A DNA stretch of 64,000 nt from positions 259,140-323,139 of the forward strand of contig CAVXHK010000001.1 of the NCBI GenBank assembly GCA_963761705.1, given 5' to 3'. Position 1 is the stretch's first letter. The number at the start of each line of letters is the position of its first letter. The position numbers and the translations under genes are program-made. This document shows, piece after piece, positions 50,316 through 59,629 of this stretch. The notes beneath the pieces were generated by a model. It searched no databases. It saw nothing but the letters and a program-made list of their open reading frames with translations, and was not told the DNA's origin. Source of the DNA: an uncultured Verrucomicrobiae bacterium. GTDB taxonomy: Bacteria > Verrucomicrobiota > Verrucomicrobiia > Chthoniobacterales > JAATET01.

Positions 50316-52382
50316 ATGAGCAAACCAACGACCCCGACTCGCAAGAAACAAAAGCTGACGATCGTTCAGCGGGCCGCCGCCTTCTACGGAAAGCTCAGCC
50401 TCTGGAACAAACTCGCCCTCCTGGCCCTCGTCCTGGCCTTGCCGGCGGGTTATGGGGCTTTGTTGCTCCTGAAGCCGGTCTACAAGAACTGGCGCGCGCA
50501 CAATGCTCTCCAAATGGCCGCTTCCGCGATCGAGTCCGGTGACCAAAATGCGGCGTCTCTCGCCTTCCGGACGGCGATTCGCTCGAGACCAAAGGACCCC
50601 CAGGTCTGGCGGAAGGTCGCGCAATTTCTCGACGAACTGAAATCTCCCGAGTCCTTCTCGGTTTGGTCCCGAGTCGTGAAGATGGAACCCGACGACCTCC
50701 CGGCTCGCTTCGCCCTCGTCGACAGTGCCCTCGCGGGCGGGCGCGTCGAACAAGCCTCCGAAGCTCTCGCGGGTGTTCCGGAATCCGCCCGCACCGGGGC
50801 TGATTATCTCCGGGCCGCCGCCGCCATCGCGATCGCTTCGAACCAGCCCACCGAAGCGGAACGCCATCTCGTCGCTCTCGAATCCCTGGAGCCGGAATCG
50901 GATCGCGTTTCCTGGGACTTGGCGCGGGTCCGGTCCGTCAGCACCGACGAGTCGTCCCGAGCCGCCGGACTCGCGGCGGTGGAAGCCATCGCGACCGGGG
51001 AAAACCCCTTCGTCGCCGACGCCCAGCGGCACTTAGTCCGCCTCGCTCTGTCCCGTCAGGATTTCTACACCGCGAATCGATGGGCGGAGAAGCTCGTCGC
51101 GCGACCCGACGCGACCGCTGAAGATCAGATCCTTTTTTTGGACACCGAGTTCGCCTCGCAGAGTTTCACCCTCCCAGGCACGATCTCGGAAACGTTCGAG
51201 CACGCGCGAGATCGCCCCGAAGACGCACCCCTGATCATCGCTTACCTGACAGCGCGGGGATTGGCCGACCGGGTCGCCACCTGGTTCGAGCAACTCCCAC
51301 CGGACGTCCGCTCCGACCAGTCGATGCAACTGGCGTCGTTCGATTTTGCCCTGCAAACCGGCGATTGGAGCCTCGTTTTCGAGATTCTACGCGGCGAGCA
51401 CGCGCCGCACACGTTGAGTCCCGAGTTCGTGGACGCGACGGAGACAGGGTTGGCTGATCATCGCCGGGGCGACCCGGAAGCGATCGCCGCGTGGCAGGAG
51501 GCCATCCGCTCGTCCGGCGGGGATCCGGCCTCCACTTACCTTCTCGCCTCGATGGCGAAGGCGGCGTCGTGGCCCCAGGCAAACCGGGCGGCTCTCTGGC
51601 GACTCACCGAATTGGTGGGACAAAATCCCAAGATCTGGCTCGAGGTCCTGAAGCTCGAGCTGCAAGCCAAAGACTCCGTCGGCATCCTGCGGGCTTTGTC
51701 GGGAGCCGTCCGGGCTGACCCCGACGATCGACAGGTTCGCAACGACTGGATTCTCCTCAATCTTCTCCTGGATCAAGGTAACCCGGATGATTTGCTGAAA
51801 CTCGCCGCGGACAACGCCTCGTTCGCCCCCGACAATTTCTTCTACACCTCGACCCACGCAATGGCGCTTTCGACCGTCGGACGTCACGCCGAAGCCGTCG
51901 CCGCCATCGAACTCATCGACCCAGCCGACCAAAATCGACCCGAGCGGGCCCTCTACGTCGGCACCGTTCTCGTCGCCGCGGGGGAGTTCGAGCGGGCCCA
52001 GCGGTACCTCGATCTGGCGGAATCGGCCCGCGGGAGCTTTCTCCCGGAGGAAGAGGCCATGCTGTCGCGCGGTCAGGCCGTCGCCTCCGGCGCGGCCTCC
52101 GTCAGCGACGAGGTTGCCCGCCTGACCACTCGCCGGGAGATGACCGAGTCGGAGGCCGCCGAGTTCGCCGCGACCCTGCAAGCCCAACGCCGCGCCGGCG
52201 AGGGTTTGGACTCGGAAGAAATTGCCCAATCGCTGCGGGAAGCAGCGGACCGCGGCCAGCGTTCCCCCGAGGAAATCGAGCAAATTCTCCAGGGCATCCG
52301 CGGGGAATCGGCACCGGGTGCGTCCACCCCCGAATCAGCTTCGTCCGAAGCATCCGCGAACGGAGGGGAGACCTCCCGTTAG
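50316..52382 (+). CDS. TPR-repeat protein with N-terminal membrane anchor
   Basis: 688 aa. TM segment LALLALVLALPAGYGALLLL followed by repeated Ala/Leu-rich helical-pair periodicity. Confidence 0.6.
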   Translation: MSKPTTPTRKKQKLTIVQRAAAFYGKLSLWNKLALLALVLALPAGYGALLLLKPVYKNWRAHNALQMAASAIESGDQNAASLAFRTAIRSRPKDPQVWRKVAQFLDELKSPESFSVWSRVVKMEPDDLPARFALVDSALAGGRVEQASEALAGVPESARTGADYLRAAAAIAIASNQPTEAERHLVALESLEPESDRVSWDLARVRSVSTDESSRAAGLAAVEAIATGENPFVADAQRHLVRLALSRQDFYTANRWAEKLVARPDATAEDQILFLDTEFASQSFTLPGTISETFEHARDRPEDAPLIIAYLTARGLADRVATWFEQLPPDVRSDQSMQLASFDFALQTGDWSLVFEILRGEHAPHTLSPEFVDATETGLADHRRGDPEAIAAWQEAIRSSGGDPASTYLLASMAKAASWPQANRAALWRLTELVGQNPKIWLEVLKLELQAKDSVGILRALSGAVRADPDDRQVRNDWILLNLLLDQGNPDDLLKLAADNASFAPDNFFYTSTHAMALSTVGRHAEAVAAIELIDPADQNRPERALYVGTVLVAAGEFERAQRYLDLAESARGSFLPEEEAMLSRGQAVASGAASVSDEVARLTTRREMTESEAAEFAATLQAQRRAGEGLDSEEIAQSLREAADRGQRSPEEIEQILQGIRGESAPGASTPESASSEASANGGETSR

Positions 52383-52575
52383 ACCAATCCGACCGATTCA
52401 TTTTTTCTTGAACGATTTGAATCCGCCAGTCTACTGGTAGTCGGGTGGAGCGTTTCGGCGTCACGAATCTGTGTTCAATGCGAGGTGCCGGCTCCCGTCA
52501 CCACGGGCGGCAGCATCGCAACAAGGGGCCCCGTGAGGGGTGGGGGAGTCCGCGGTGAGTTCGGTGACCGTAGAA

Positions 52576-53085
52576 ATGTCCGGACAGTCCGCCGAAGCGC
52601 CAACGGACCGGATTCAGGAATTTCAGCTCGAATGCATCGAGCTATTCGCTCACGCTGCCCGCGCCCTGGCCTTGCCGAAGTCGGTCGGGCAGATCTACGG
52701 GTTGCTCTTTTCCAGCCAAACCGACTTGAGCCTCGACGAAGTGGCGCTCAAACTCAAAATCAGCCGGGGCTCGGCGAGTCAGGGCCTGCGCTGGCTCCGC
52801 GACATCGGGGCCGCGCGGCTGAGCTTCGTGCCCGGAGACCGGCGGGACCGCTTCACCGCCGAAACCGAGCTTCGCCGGCTGGCCACGGGATTTCTCCGGG
52901 AGACCGCCGAACCTCACCTCCGCAACGGCGAGGACCACCTGGCGCGATTGCAAGAATCGTGGAAGGAAATGGCCCCAAGCGAGGAACGTGAATTCTCCAA
53001 GAACCGCATCTCGAAGCTGCGCCGCTGGCACAAATTCGCCAACCAGACCCTCCCGCTCATCCTCAAGGTCGCGGGGAAATTCTAA
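52576..53085 (+). CDS. GbsR/MarR-like winged-helix transcriptional regulator
   Basis: LPKSVGQIYGLLFSSQTDLSLDEVALKLKISRGSASQGLRWLRDIGA looks like a wHTH. The start is ambiguous between GTG 52540 and ATG 52576. Confidence 0.55.
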   Translation: MSGQSAEAPTDRIQEFQLECIELFAHAARALALPKSVGQIYGLLFSSQTDLSLDEVALKLKISRGSASQGLRWLRDIGAARLSFVPGDRRDRFTAETELRRLATGFLRETAEPHLRNGEDHLARLQESWKEMAPSEEREFSKNRISKLRRWHKFANQTLPLILKVAGKF

Positions 53086-53179
53086 ATTGCTCGGAAGGTC
53101 CCTGGTCAAAAAGTTATTTGAGAATCGTTGGAGCGATTGATTTCGAACCGTCGATCCTCCTCCGCCGACCTTTGACGTC

Positions 53180-53315
53180 CCGACCTTCCGACCTTCCGAC
53201 CTTCCGACCTTCAGACCTTCAGACCTTCAGACCTTCAGACCTTCAGACCTTCAGACCTTCAGACCTTCAGACCTTCCGACCTTCCGACCTTCAGACCTTC
53301 CGACCTTCCGACCTT
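53180..53315. repeat. 17 tandem copies of the 8-bp unit C[C/A]GACCTT, ending 2 nt before the gmd ATG
   Basis: Counted by hand: 4x CCGACCTT, 8x CAGACCTT, 2x CCG, 1x CAG, 2x CCG. The array occupies exactly 53180..53315. Confidence 0.9.
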
Positions 53316-53317
53316 TT

Positions 53318-54370
53318 ATGAAAACAGCAATGATCACCGGGATCACCGGTCAAGACGGGTCCTACCTCGCCGAGCAACTTCTCGCGAAGGGATACGAAGT
53401 CCACGGCATGATCCGCCGCTCCAGCAGCTTCAACACCGAGCGGATCGACCACCTCTACCGCGACCCGGAGATTCTCGACAAAAAGCTCTTCCTCCACCAC
53501 GGCGACCTCACCGATTCGTCCAACCTCAACCGTCTGCTCGAGAAGATCGGCCCGGACGAGATCTACAACCTCGGTGCGCAGAGCCACGTGAAGGTTTCGT
53601 TCGAAGTCCCGGAGTACACCGCCGAAGTCGACGGGATCGGCACCCTTCGCTTCCTCGACGCCATCAAAGAGGTCGGTCTCAAGGACAAGGTCCGGTTTTA
53701 CCAGGCCTCGACCAGCGAGCTCTACGGCCTCGTCCAGGAGGTCCCGCAGACCGAGAAGACCCCGTTTTATCCCCGCTCGCCCTACGGCGTCGCCAAGCTC
53801 TACGGCTATTGGATCATCGTCAACTACCGCGAGTCCTACGGGATCCACGCGTCGAACGGCATCCTCTTCAATCACGAATCTCCCCGTCGCGGTGAGACGT
53901 TCGTCACCCGCAAGATCACCCGCGCCGCCGGTCGCATCAAGGAAGGTCTCGAAGATTGCCTGTTCATGGGCAACATCGACTCCCAGCGCGACTGGGGCTA
54001 CGCGCCCGAATACACGGACGCCATGTGGCACATCCTCCAGCAAGACGAACCCGGCGATTACGTCGCCGCCACGAACGAGATGCACTCCGTTCGGGAGTTC
54101 ATCGACGAGACGTTCAAGCACCTCGGCATGGAACTCGAGTTCCGGGGCGAAGGCGTCAACGAGACCGGCGTCGAGAAATCAACCGGTCGGACGCTCTTCC
54201 GCATCGACCCCAGCTACTTCCGCCCCGCCGAAGTCGAACTCCTCATCGGGGACGCCACCAAAGCCAAGGAAACCTTCGGCTGGGAACCGAAAACGAAATT
54301 CGCCGAACTGGTCAAGATCATGGCCGACGCCGACTGGAAGCTCGCGCAGAAAGAGCGAAGGAATAAGTGA
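53318..54370 (+). CDS. gmd: GDP-mannose 4,6-dehydratase
   Basis: [47 protein letters not shown]...YGVAKLY...[10 protein letters not shown]. Confidence 0.95.
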   Translation: MKTAMITGITGQDGSYLAEQLLAKGYEVHGMIRRSSSFNTERIDHLYRDPEILDKKLFLHHGDLTDSSNLNRLLEKIGPDEIYNLGAQSHVKVSFEVPEYTAEVDGIGTLRFLDAIKEVGLKDKVRFYQASTSELYGLVQEVPQTEKTPFYPRSPYGVAKLYGYWIIVNYRESYGIHASNGILFNHESPRRGETFVTRKITRAAGRIKEGLEDCLFMGNIDSQRDWGYAPEYTDAMWHILQQDEPGDYVAATNEMHSVREFIDETFKHLGMELEFRGEGVNETGVEKSTGRTLFRIDPSYFRPAEVELLIGDATKAKETFGWEPKTKFAELVKIMADADWKLAQKERRNK

Positions 54371-54558
54371 GTCGCAAGGTCCAAGGTCGAAGCGTCAGGT
54401 CAGAATCGCTGGTGCGATTGAAGCTGGGGAGCGCACGCGTCCCCGCGTGTGAGATGCGGCGTCCCGCCGCATCGCAGCAAGCACTTTGGTAGGGCAGGCC
54501 GTCCGCGCCCACCGCCATCCCTACGGCCCATCAAAAAAATCGCACCAGCGATTCAATC

Positions 54559-54667
54559 CCGACCACTCCGACCACTCCGACCACTCCGACCACTCCGACC
54601 ACTCCGACCACTCCGACCTTCCGACCTTCCGACCTTCCGACCTTCCGACCTTCCGACCTTCCGACCC
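54559..54667. repeat. Tandem array of 6x CCGACCACT (9 bp), then 6x CCGACCTT (8 bp) plus a partial unit, ending 11 nt before the exosortase ATG
   Basis: Counted by hand: 9-mers span 54559..54612, 8-mers span 54613..54660, and a partial CCGACCC follows. Confidence 0.9.
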
Positions 54668-54678
54668 GAGAACATCCC

Positions 54679-55599
54679 ATGCAACCCCCCGAAACCATGA
54701 CCCAACCAAAGAACCGCGCCCACACCGTCGCGTTTCCGGAGTGGGCACCCTTCGCGATCATCACGTTAATCTGGCTGCCGGCGCTGATGCGATTCAGCGT
54801 CGAGTGGTCGATCAATCCGCAGTATTACTACGGTTGGTCGGTTCCGCTGCTTTCGGCCTACCTGATCTACGATCGATGGTTGGCGCGGCCGACACCGGTC
54901 CCGCCCGAGCGGATACTGGTGCCGGCGATATTGATTATCCTGTGCGCCTTGCCGCAGTTGCCCCTGCGTCTGGTCGGCGAGGCGAACACGGATTGGCGGT
55001 TCGTTTCCTGGATCATGGGGCTGAACGCGTTGGCGATCGGCCTCGCGATCCTCTACATCCAAGGCGGTTGGCGGTGGCTGGGCTTCTTCGCTCTCCCAGT
55101 TCTTTTTCTGCTCACCGCCATCCCGTGGCCGTCCGGTGCCGAGAAGCTGCTGGTTCAGGGCCTGATGCGCGTCAACGCCGAGATCGCCGCCAACCTCGTC
55201 GGAATCGTCGGCATCCCGGCGGTCGCTCAGGGCAACGTGATCGAGGTGCCCACCGGGGTGTTGGGCGTCAACGAGGCCTGCAGCGGCATCCGGTCTCTTC
55301 AATCCACCCTCATGGCCGCCGCCTTCTTGGGATTGCTTTACCGACGGTCTTTGATCGGCCTCGGCTGCCTGATTTTCCTCGGTTCCCTCATCGCGTTCGT
55401 CTGCAACGTCATCCGCACAACGTTCCTCACCTACCAGGGAGCCACGAACGGCATCGAAGCCGTCGACAAGTGGCACGACTCAGCCGGATTCTTCATTCTC
55501 GGCGTCGTGCTCGTGTGTCTGTGGGGGATGAGCCAGTGGCTCGAGCGCTCGGAAAGGAAAGGATCTGAACGAAAGAGTGCTGAGGAAGCAAAGGTCTGA
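54679..55599 (+). CDS. Exosortase (Xrt family transpeptidase)
   Basis: Polytopic membrane protein with YYYGW near the N-terminus, the catalytic-Cys region VNEACSGIRSL, a later NVIRT, and His in DKWHDSAGF. Confidence 0.85.
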   Translation: MQPPETMTQPKNRAHTVAFPEWAPFAIITLIWLPALMRFSVEWSINPQYYYGWSVPLLSAYLIYDRWLARPTPVPPERILVPAILIILCALPQLPLRLVGEANTDWRFVSWIMGLNALAIGLAILYIQGGWRWLGFFALPVLFLLTAIPWPSGAEKLLVQGLMRVNAEIAANLVGIVGIPAVAQGNVIEVPTGVLGVNEACSGIRSLQSTLMAAAFLGLLYRRSLIGLGCLIFLGSLIAFVCNVIRTTFLTYQGATNGIEAVDKWHDSAGFFILGVVLVCLWGMSQWLERSERKGSERKSAEEAKV

Positions 55600-55712
55600 A
55601 GATGCATTGAAACCCACCCGGTGTGGCTGGAGTCTGGCTCGACCTGAATAGGATTCGTGTCATCCGGCGGACCGAAAGGGGGTGGCTTTCAATCCAATCG
55701 AAGCTAAATTGC

Positions 55713-56042
55713 ATGACAATGCTGCAACAACGCGACGAGCAGCGAAGGCAAACGCGCCTCGAGCTTTTCGACGAGACCCGGCGAACGCTTTTTGCCGAGC
55801 TTCGTGCCCGGCTCCCCCGCGGGACGGTGGTATGGATCTTTGGCTCGTTGGCTCGACGAGGAGTCTTCAACGCAGCTTCCGACGTCGACATCGCTCTGGA
55901 ATGTGAGCCAGCGGGGTCGAGTTGTTTTCGCCTGAGTTCCGAGTTGGACGAAGCTGTTGGCCGCCCCGTCGATGTGGTGCTGCTGAATGAAAGTCGGCTG
56001 GCCGCTCAGATCCAAAGCGCGGGAGAAAAATGGACGCTATAG
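55713..56042 (+). CDS. Nucleotidyltransferase (MNT-type antitoxin)
   Basis: VWIFGSLARRGVFNAASDVDIAL matches the GS-x-RG...DxD minimal nucleotidyltransferase motif. It overlaps the next gene by 13 nt. Confidence 0.75.
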   Translation: MTMLQQRDEQRRQTRLELFDETRRTLFAELRARLPRGTVVWIFGSLARRGVFNAASDVDIALECEPAGSSCFRLSSELDEAVGRPVDVVLLNESRLAAQIQSAGEKWTL

Positions 56043-56512
56043 GCTTGGCCACGCTGCATCGGGAAATGCAGGAGGATGTGCGCGTGATGCACGACGCGTT
56101 CGATCTTGCGACGGAGCGTTTTTCCCACGCTGGAGCGATGGGCTTGGAGTCGACGGCGCATCATTTATGCCGGTTCTACAACGCGTGCGAACAAATGGCT
56201 TTGCGAGTGGCGAAGGCATTCGAAAATCATATCGATGACGACCGAGGATGGCACACCGCTCTCCTCACGCGGATGAGCCTGGAGATCGGAGGGATTCGCC
56301 CGGCCCTGATCCCGTTGGATCTCAAACCCGATCTCCAAGAGTTGAAAGGGTTTCGACACGTTTTCGTTCATGCTTACGAGTTGCGGTTGGACGAAGAAAA
56401 GCTGCGATTGCTTATCCAATACGCCGGCCGGGTGAATGCGCGGTTGGATGAAATGATCAAAGTCTTCGCGGATCGTGCTTTCGAAGACGCAGATCCGGAT
56501 TCTACATCGTAG
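56030..56512 (+). CDS. HEPN-type (HepT-like) putative ribonuclease toxin
   Basis: Helical 160-aa protein with an R-x4-H motif in GFRHVFVHAY. Paired with the upstream MNT gene. Confidence 0.6.
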   Translation: MDAIGLATLHREMQEDVRVMHDAFDLATERFSHAGAMGLESTAHHLCRFYNACEQMALRVAKAFENHIDDDRGWHTALLTRMSLEIGGIRPALIPLDLKPDLQELKGFRHVFVHAYELRLDEEKLRLLIQYAGRVNARLDEMIKVFADRAFEDADPDSTS

Positions 56513-56674
56513 AAGTCGAGTGAACGGGTAGCTGGTAATACTAACGAGCAACCAGCAACTCACATCCGGGAAGCTCGCAGAGCTCCTCCCCAGCGCGGAT
56601 GAAATCATGAATTCCGCGATGTTCCTCGGGACAAACATCGCGACGATCAAGAGCGTCGTGAGGAGCTTTTGATT

Positions 56675-57413
56675 CTCGCGCAGAGGCGCAGAGGCGCAGA
56701 GATTGATACAAATGGCGATGGGTTTCACGCAAAGAGCGCTAAACCTACAGATCAGCTGTTTCCAAAAACAAAAACTCAATAACTATCACCTGTATCTCAG
56801 CCCTCAGCGCCTCCGCGCCTCTGCGGGAGAAAAGCATTCAATACAGGAACTCGCGCAACCGAAGGCTCGGGGGAGCCGAAGGTAGACGAAAAGCCCGAAG
56901 GGTGACCGAGCTGGGTTGCGAGGGAATCAAAGACGCAGAGGCGCAGAGATTGATACAAATGGCGATGGGTTTCACGCAAAGAGCGCTAAACCTACAGATC
57001 CGCTAATTCCAATAACTAGTAACTGTATCTCAGCCCTCCGCGTCTCTGCGCCTCTGCGGGCTAAAAGTATCAATACAGGGACTCGCGCAGAGACGCAGAG
57101 GCGCAGAGATTGATACAAATGCGGATCAGGAAGAGCTGAGAGAGAAGAACGGATGAAAGCCAAAAAAGCTAAATCTTAAAAAGAATCCCCTCCGCGTCTC
57201 TGCGCCTCTGCGGGCTAAAAGTATCAATACAGGGACTCGCGCAGAGGCGCAGAGATTCATACAAATGCGGATGAGAAAAGGCTGAAAGAGAAGAACAGGG
57301 GAAATTAAAGGAAGCTGAATCTTCTAAAGAATCCCCTCCGCGTCTCAGCGCCTCTGCGCGATTCATCGTATTATGCAACCAGAGGGTGAGGTTCGCGCGG
57401 AGGCGCGGGAAGA
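56675..57413. repeat. Mosaic palindromic-repeat zone 1 (hairpins plus B/C/D modules)
   Basis: An R arm lies at 56675..56701. Hairpins lie at 56801..56948 (with a D insert), 57034..57108 and 57187..57254, plus a degenerate one ending at 57413. Confidence 0.85.
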
Positions 57414-57469
57414 GTGTTAGTTGTTGGCTGGACGGTGGACATGACGAAACTACATGATATGTTTTTCGG

Positions 57470-57721
57470 ATGAGTGAATCGACATTGACCGAACGGGGAC
57501 AGGTATCCATCCCGGCGAAAATACGTAAATCCATGGGGTTGAAAGCTGGGCAACGGCTGCAATGGGAGCAGGTGTCCGCTCTGGAGTGCCGTATCTCCGC
57601 AATCGAGCCGCACGGTGACGGTCCACTTTCTGTATTGGGGTATGCCGCAAGGATTCGGGAGAATTCCGGACGTTCGACCGACGATTGGATGAAAGAGTTG
57701 CGAGCGGGCGAGATGCAATAG
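57470..57721 (+). CDS. AbrB/MazE/SpoVT-type antitoxin
   Basis: LTERGQVSIPAKIRKSMGLKAGQRLQWE is a swapped-hairpin DNA-binding motif. A PIN gene starts 4 nt downstream. Confidence 0.75.
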   Translation: MSESTLTERGQVSIPAKIRKSMGLKAGQRLQWEQVSALECRISAIEPHGDGPLSVLGYAARIRENSGRSTDDWMKELRAGEMQ

Positions 57722-57724
57722 CCC

Positions 57725-58147
57725 ATGTGGATTGTTGACACCTGCATTGTCCTCGATGTGTTCGAGGATGATCCCGAGTTTGGGAGAAAATCGGCGAACC
57801 TGCTTGAAAAACTATGTGGCGAAGGACTCTGCATCTGCCCCGTAACCATGGTCGAGCTGTCTCCAGCCTTTCAAGGCGATCTCTCGGAGCAGAAAAAATT
57901 CCTCTCGCTTGCCCGCATCTCGTTTTCCGCGAATTGGTCAGTTTTGGATACCGAAACGGCCCATCAGGCGTGGAGTGATTATGTCCACCTCCGCCGTCGC
58001 GAGGTCACACCAAGACGCCCGATCGCGGACATCCTGATCGGGGCATTCGCGTCAAATCGAAAAGGTTTGGTGACTCGGAACGCCAAAGACTTTCGACCTT
58101 GGTATCCCAAACTTGCCATCCAGGAGTCCGGCGCATCCTCCGGGTAG
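57725..58147 (+). CDS. PIN-domain toxin (VapC-like)
   Basis: MWIVDTCIVLDVF (first acidic residue), VTMVELS, IADILIGAFA, LVTRNAKDF. Confidence 0.8.
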   Translation: MWIVDTCIVLDVFEDDPEFGRKSANLLEKLCGEGLCICPVTMVELSPAFQGDLSEQKKFLSLARISFSANWSVLDTETAHQAWSDYVHLRRREVTPRRPIADILIGAFASNRKGLVTRNAKDFRPWYPKLAIQESGASSG

Positions 58148-58769
58148 CTAATAACCAGTAACCAATAACTGTATCTCAGCCCTCCGCGTCTCCGCGCCTC
58201 TGCGGGCTAAAAGTATCGATACAGGAACTCGCGCAGAGGCGCAGAGACGCAGAGATCGATACAAATGCGGATGATGAAGAGCTGAAAAGAAGAACGGATG
58301 ATATCCAAAGAAGCTAGATCTTAAAAAGAATCCCCTCCGCGCCTCTGCGCCTCTGCGGGCTAAAAGTATCAATACAGGAACTCGCGCAGAGGCGCAGAGA
58401 TTGATACAAATGCGGATGATGAAGAGTTGAAAAGAAGAACGGATGAAAATCAAAGAAGCTAAATCTTAAAAAGAATCCCCTCCGCGTCTCTGCGCCTCTG
58501 CGGGCTAAAAGTATCAATACAGGAACTCGCGCAACCGAAGGCTCGGGGGAGCCGAAGATAGACGAAAAGCCCGAAGGGTGACCGAGCTGGGTTGCGAGGG
58601 AATCAAAGACGCAGAGGCGCAGAGATTGATACAAATGAGGATGAGAAGGAGCTGAAACAGAAGAACGGATGAAATCCAAGGAAGCTAAATCTTAAAAAGA
58701 ATCCCCTCTGCGCCTCTGCGCCTCTGCGGGAGAAAAGTATCAATACAGGAACTCGCGCAGAGGCGCGAG
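58148..58769. repeat. Mosaic palindromic-repeat zone 2
   Basis: Includes the hairpin at 58332..58399, about four hairpin units in total, and D copy 58530..58596. Ends with a truncated R arm. Confidence 0.85.
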
Positions 58770-58832
58770 TCATTCCGAATCACGCAACTGATCCAAGTTG
58801 ACCGGGTTAAATGATCGCGTTACGATATCAAA

Positions 58833-59048
58833 ATGAAATCAATTCTCATCCGAAACGTCTCGCCCGAGACCGTTCAGCGGCTGAAGGCCAACGCCCGCGC
58901 TAATCATCGCTCGTTGCAAGGCGAGCTTCACGCATTGATTGAAGCGGGGATCGGCGTTCCCGACTCGTCGGAGCCCGAGTTCGAGCTGCGAACGGTGCGA
59001 ACCGATGGAACGCAGCGTTGGACCCGGGAAGAAATGTATGCGGATTGA
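58833..59048 (+). CDS. Ribbon-helix-helix (Arc/FitA-like) antitoxin
   Basis: MKSILIRNVSPETVQRLKANARANHRSLQGELHALIEAG is the typical RHH plasmid-stability N-terminus. It overlaps the downstream PIN gene by 11 nt. Confidence 0.7.
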   Translation: MKSILIRNVSPETVQRLKANARANHRSLQGELHALIEAGIGVPDSSEPEFELRTVRTDGTQRWTREEMYAD

Positions 59049-59511
59049 GCCGGGATCTCGGGTGAGTCTCGACACCAATGTCCTGCTAGACGCAACTGAC
59101 GAGGGTCGCGCTCGACACGGCGTTGCCATGCGACTCTTGGTCGAATCCCAGAGCCGTGGAATCGGCCTCTTCGTCGCAGCGCAAGTGATCCGCGAATATC
59201 TCGTAGTCGCCACCCGACCTCTTACGGCGAACGGTCTCGATCTTTCCATTGACGATGCGCTTTTCAACGTCCGGCAGTTGACGCGCCAAACCACCCTCCT
59301 CTGGGAGACCGTCGGGGCCTCCCAACTCTTTCTCGACTGGGCCCGGGAGCTTGGCGTTACGGGCACGAAACTTCACGACCTCCAGATCCTTGCCACGACT
59401 CACAGCGCTGGCATCCCGTGCCTCGTGACCTCGAACATCGACGATTTTCCGTCCAGAGTCGGCCCGCTCGTCTTCCCTCTCGGCGAATTGGACTGGGGGA
59501 ATGGGGACTAA
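59038..59511 (+). CDS. PIN-domain toxin (VapC-like)
   Basis: VSLDTNVLLDATDEG, AAQVIREYLVVATR, HDLQILATTHSAGIPCLVTSNIDDF. Start taken at MRIEPG. Confidence 0.75.
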   Translation: MRIEPGSRVSLDTNVLLDATDEGRARHGVAMRLLVESQSRGIGLFVAAQVIREYLVVATRPLTANGLDLSIDDALFNVRQLTRQTTLLWETVGASQLFLDWARELGVTGTKLHDLQILATTHSAGIPCLVTSNIDDFPSRVGPLVFPLGELDWGNGD

Positions 59512-59629
59512 GGATCCATTAGGTTCAGTCGGGTCAGGGCCCGTGCCCGTCTCCCGCCTCGAGGACAGGTTTCAACAATTACCCCGACGAGTCCTTGGCC
59601 CGTCAGTTCGATCCTGCCGTTTTCTAATT

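Noticed and set aside
53118-53321. ORF encoding RPSDLQTF repeats, and the similar ORFs 54449..54700 and 54486..55568
   Set aside because: These are translations of the 8-bp and 9-bp microsatellites. The periodic peptide follows directly from the DNA repeat. ORF 54486..55568 is out of frame with the well-supported exosortase gene.
56513-56674. Possible gene remnant downstream of the first MNT/HepT pair (part of minus ORF 56165..56779)
   Set aside because: The minus-strand translation (LLTTLLIVAMFVPRNIAEFMISSALGRSS...) has no recognisable family. The ORF overlaps the HepT-like gene, so I treat it as unique non-coding cassette tail.
56854-56920. Module D as a hammerhead/twister-type ribozyme or tRNA-like element
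   Set aside because: I could not find the CUGANGA...GAAA hammerhead core on either strand. GGTTGCGAGGGAATC is not a proper T-arm. No known class is recognisable by eye, so it is left as an unclassified candidate.
57169-57849. Minus-strand ORFs running through the repeat zones (also 58148..58453, 58314..58679, 61833..62228, 62395..62661)
   Set aside because: Their sequences (LRLCASARVPVLILLARRGAE...) are just the repeated hairpin arms read in one frame. They overlap well-supported + strand TA genes and have no recognisable domains.
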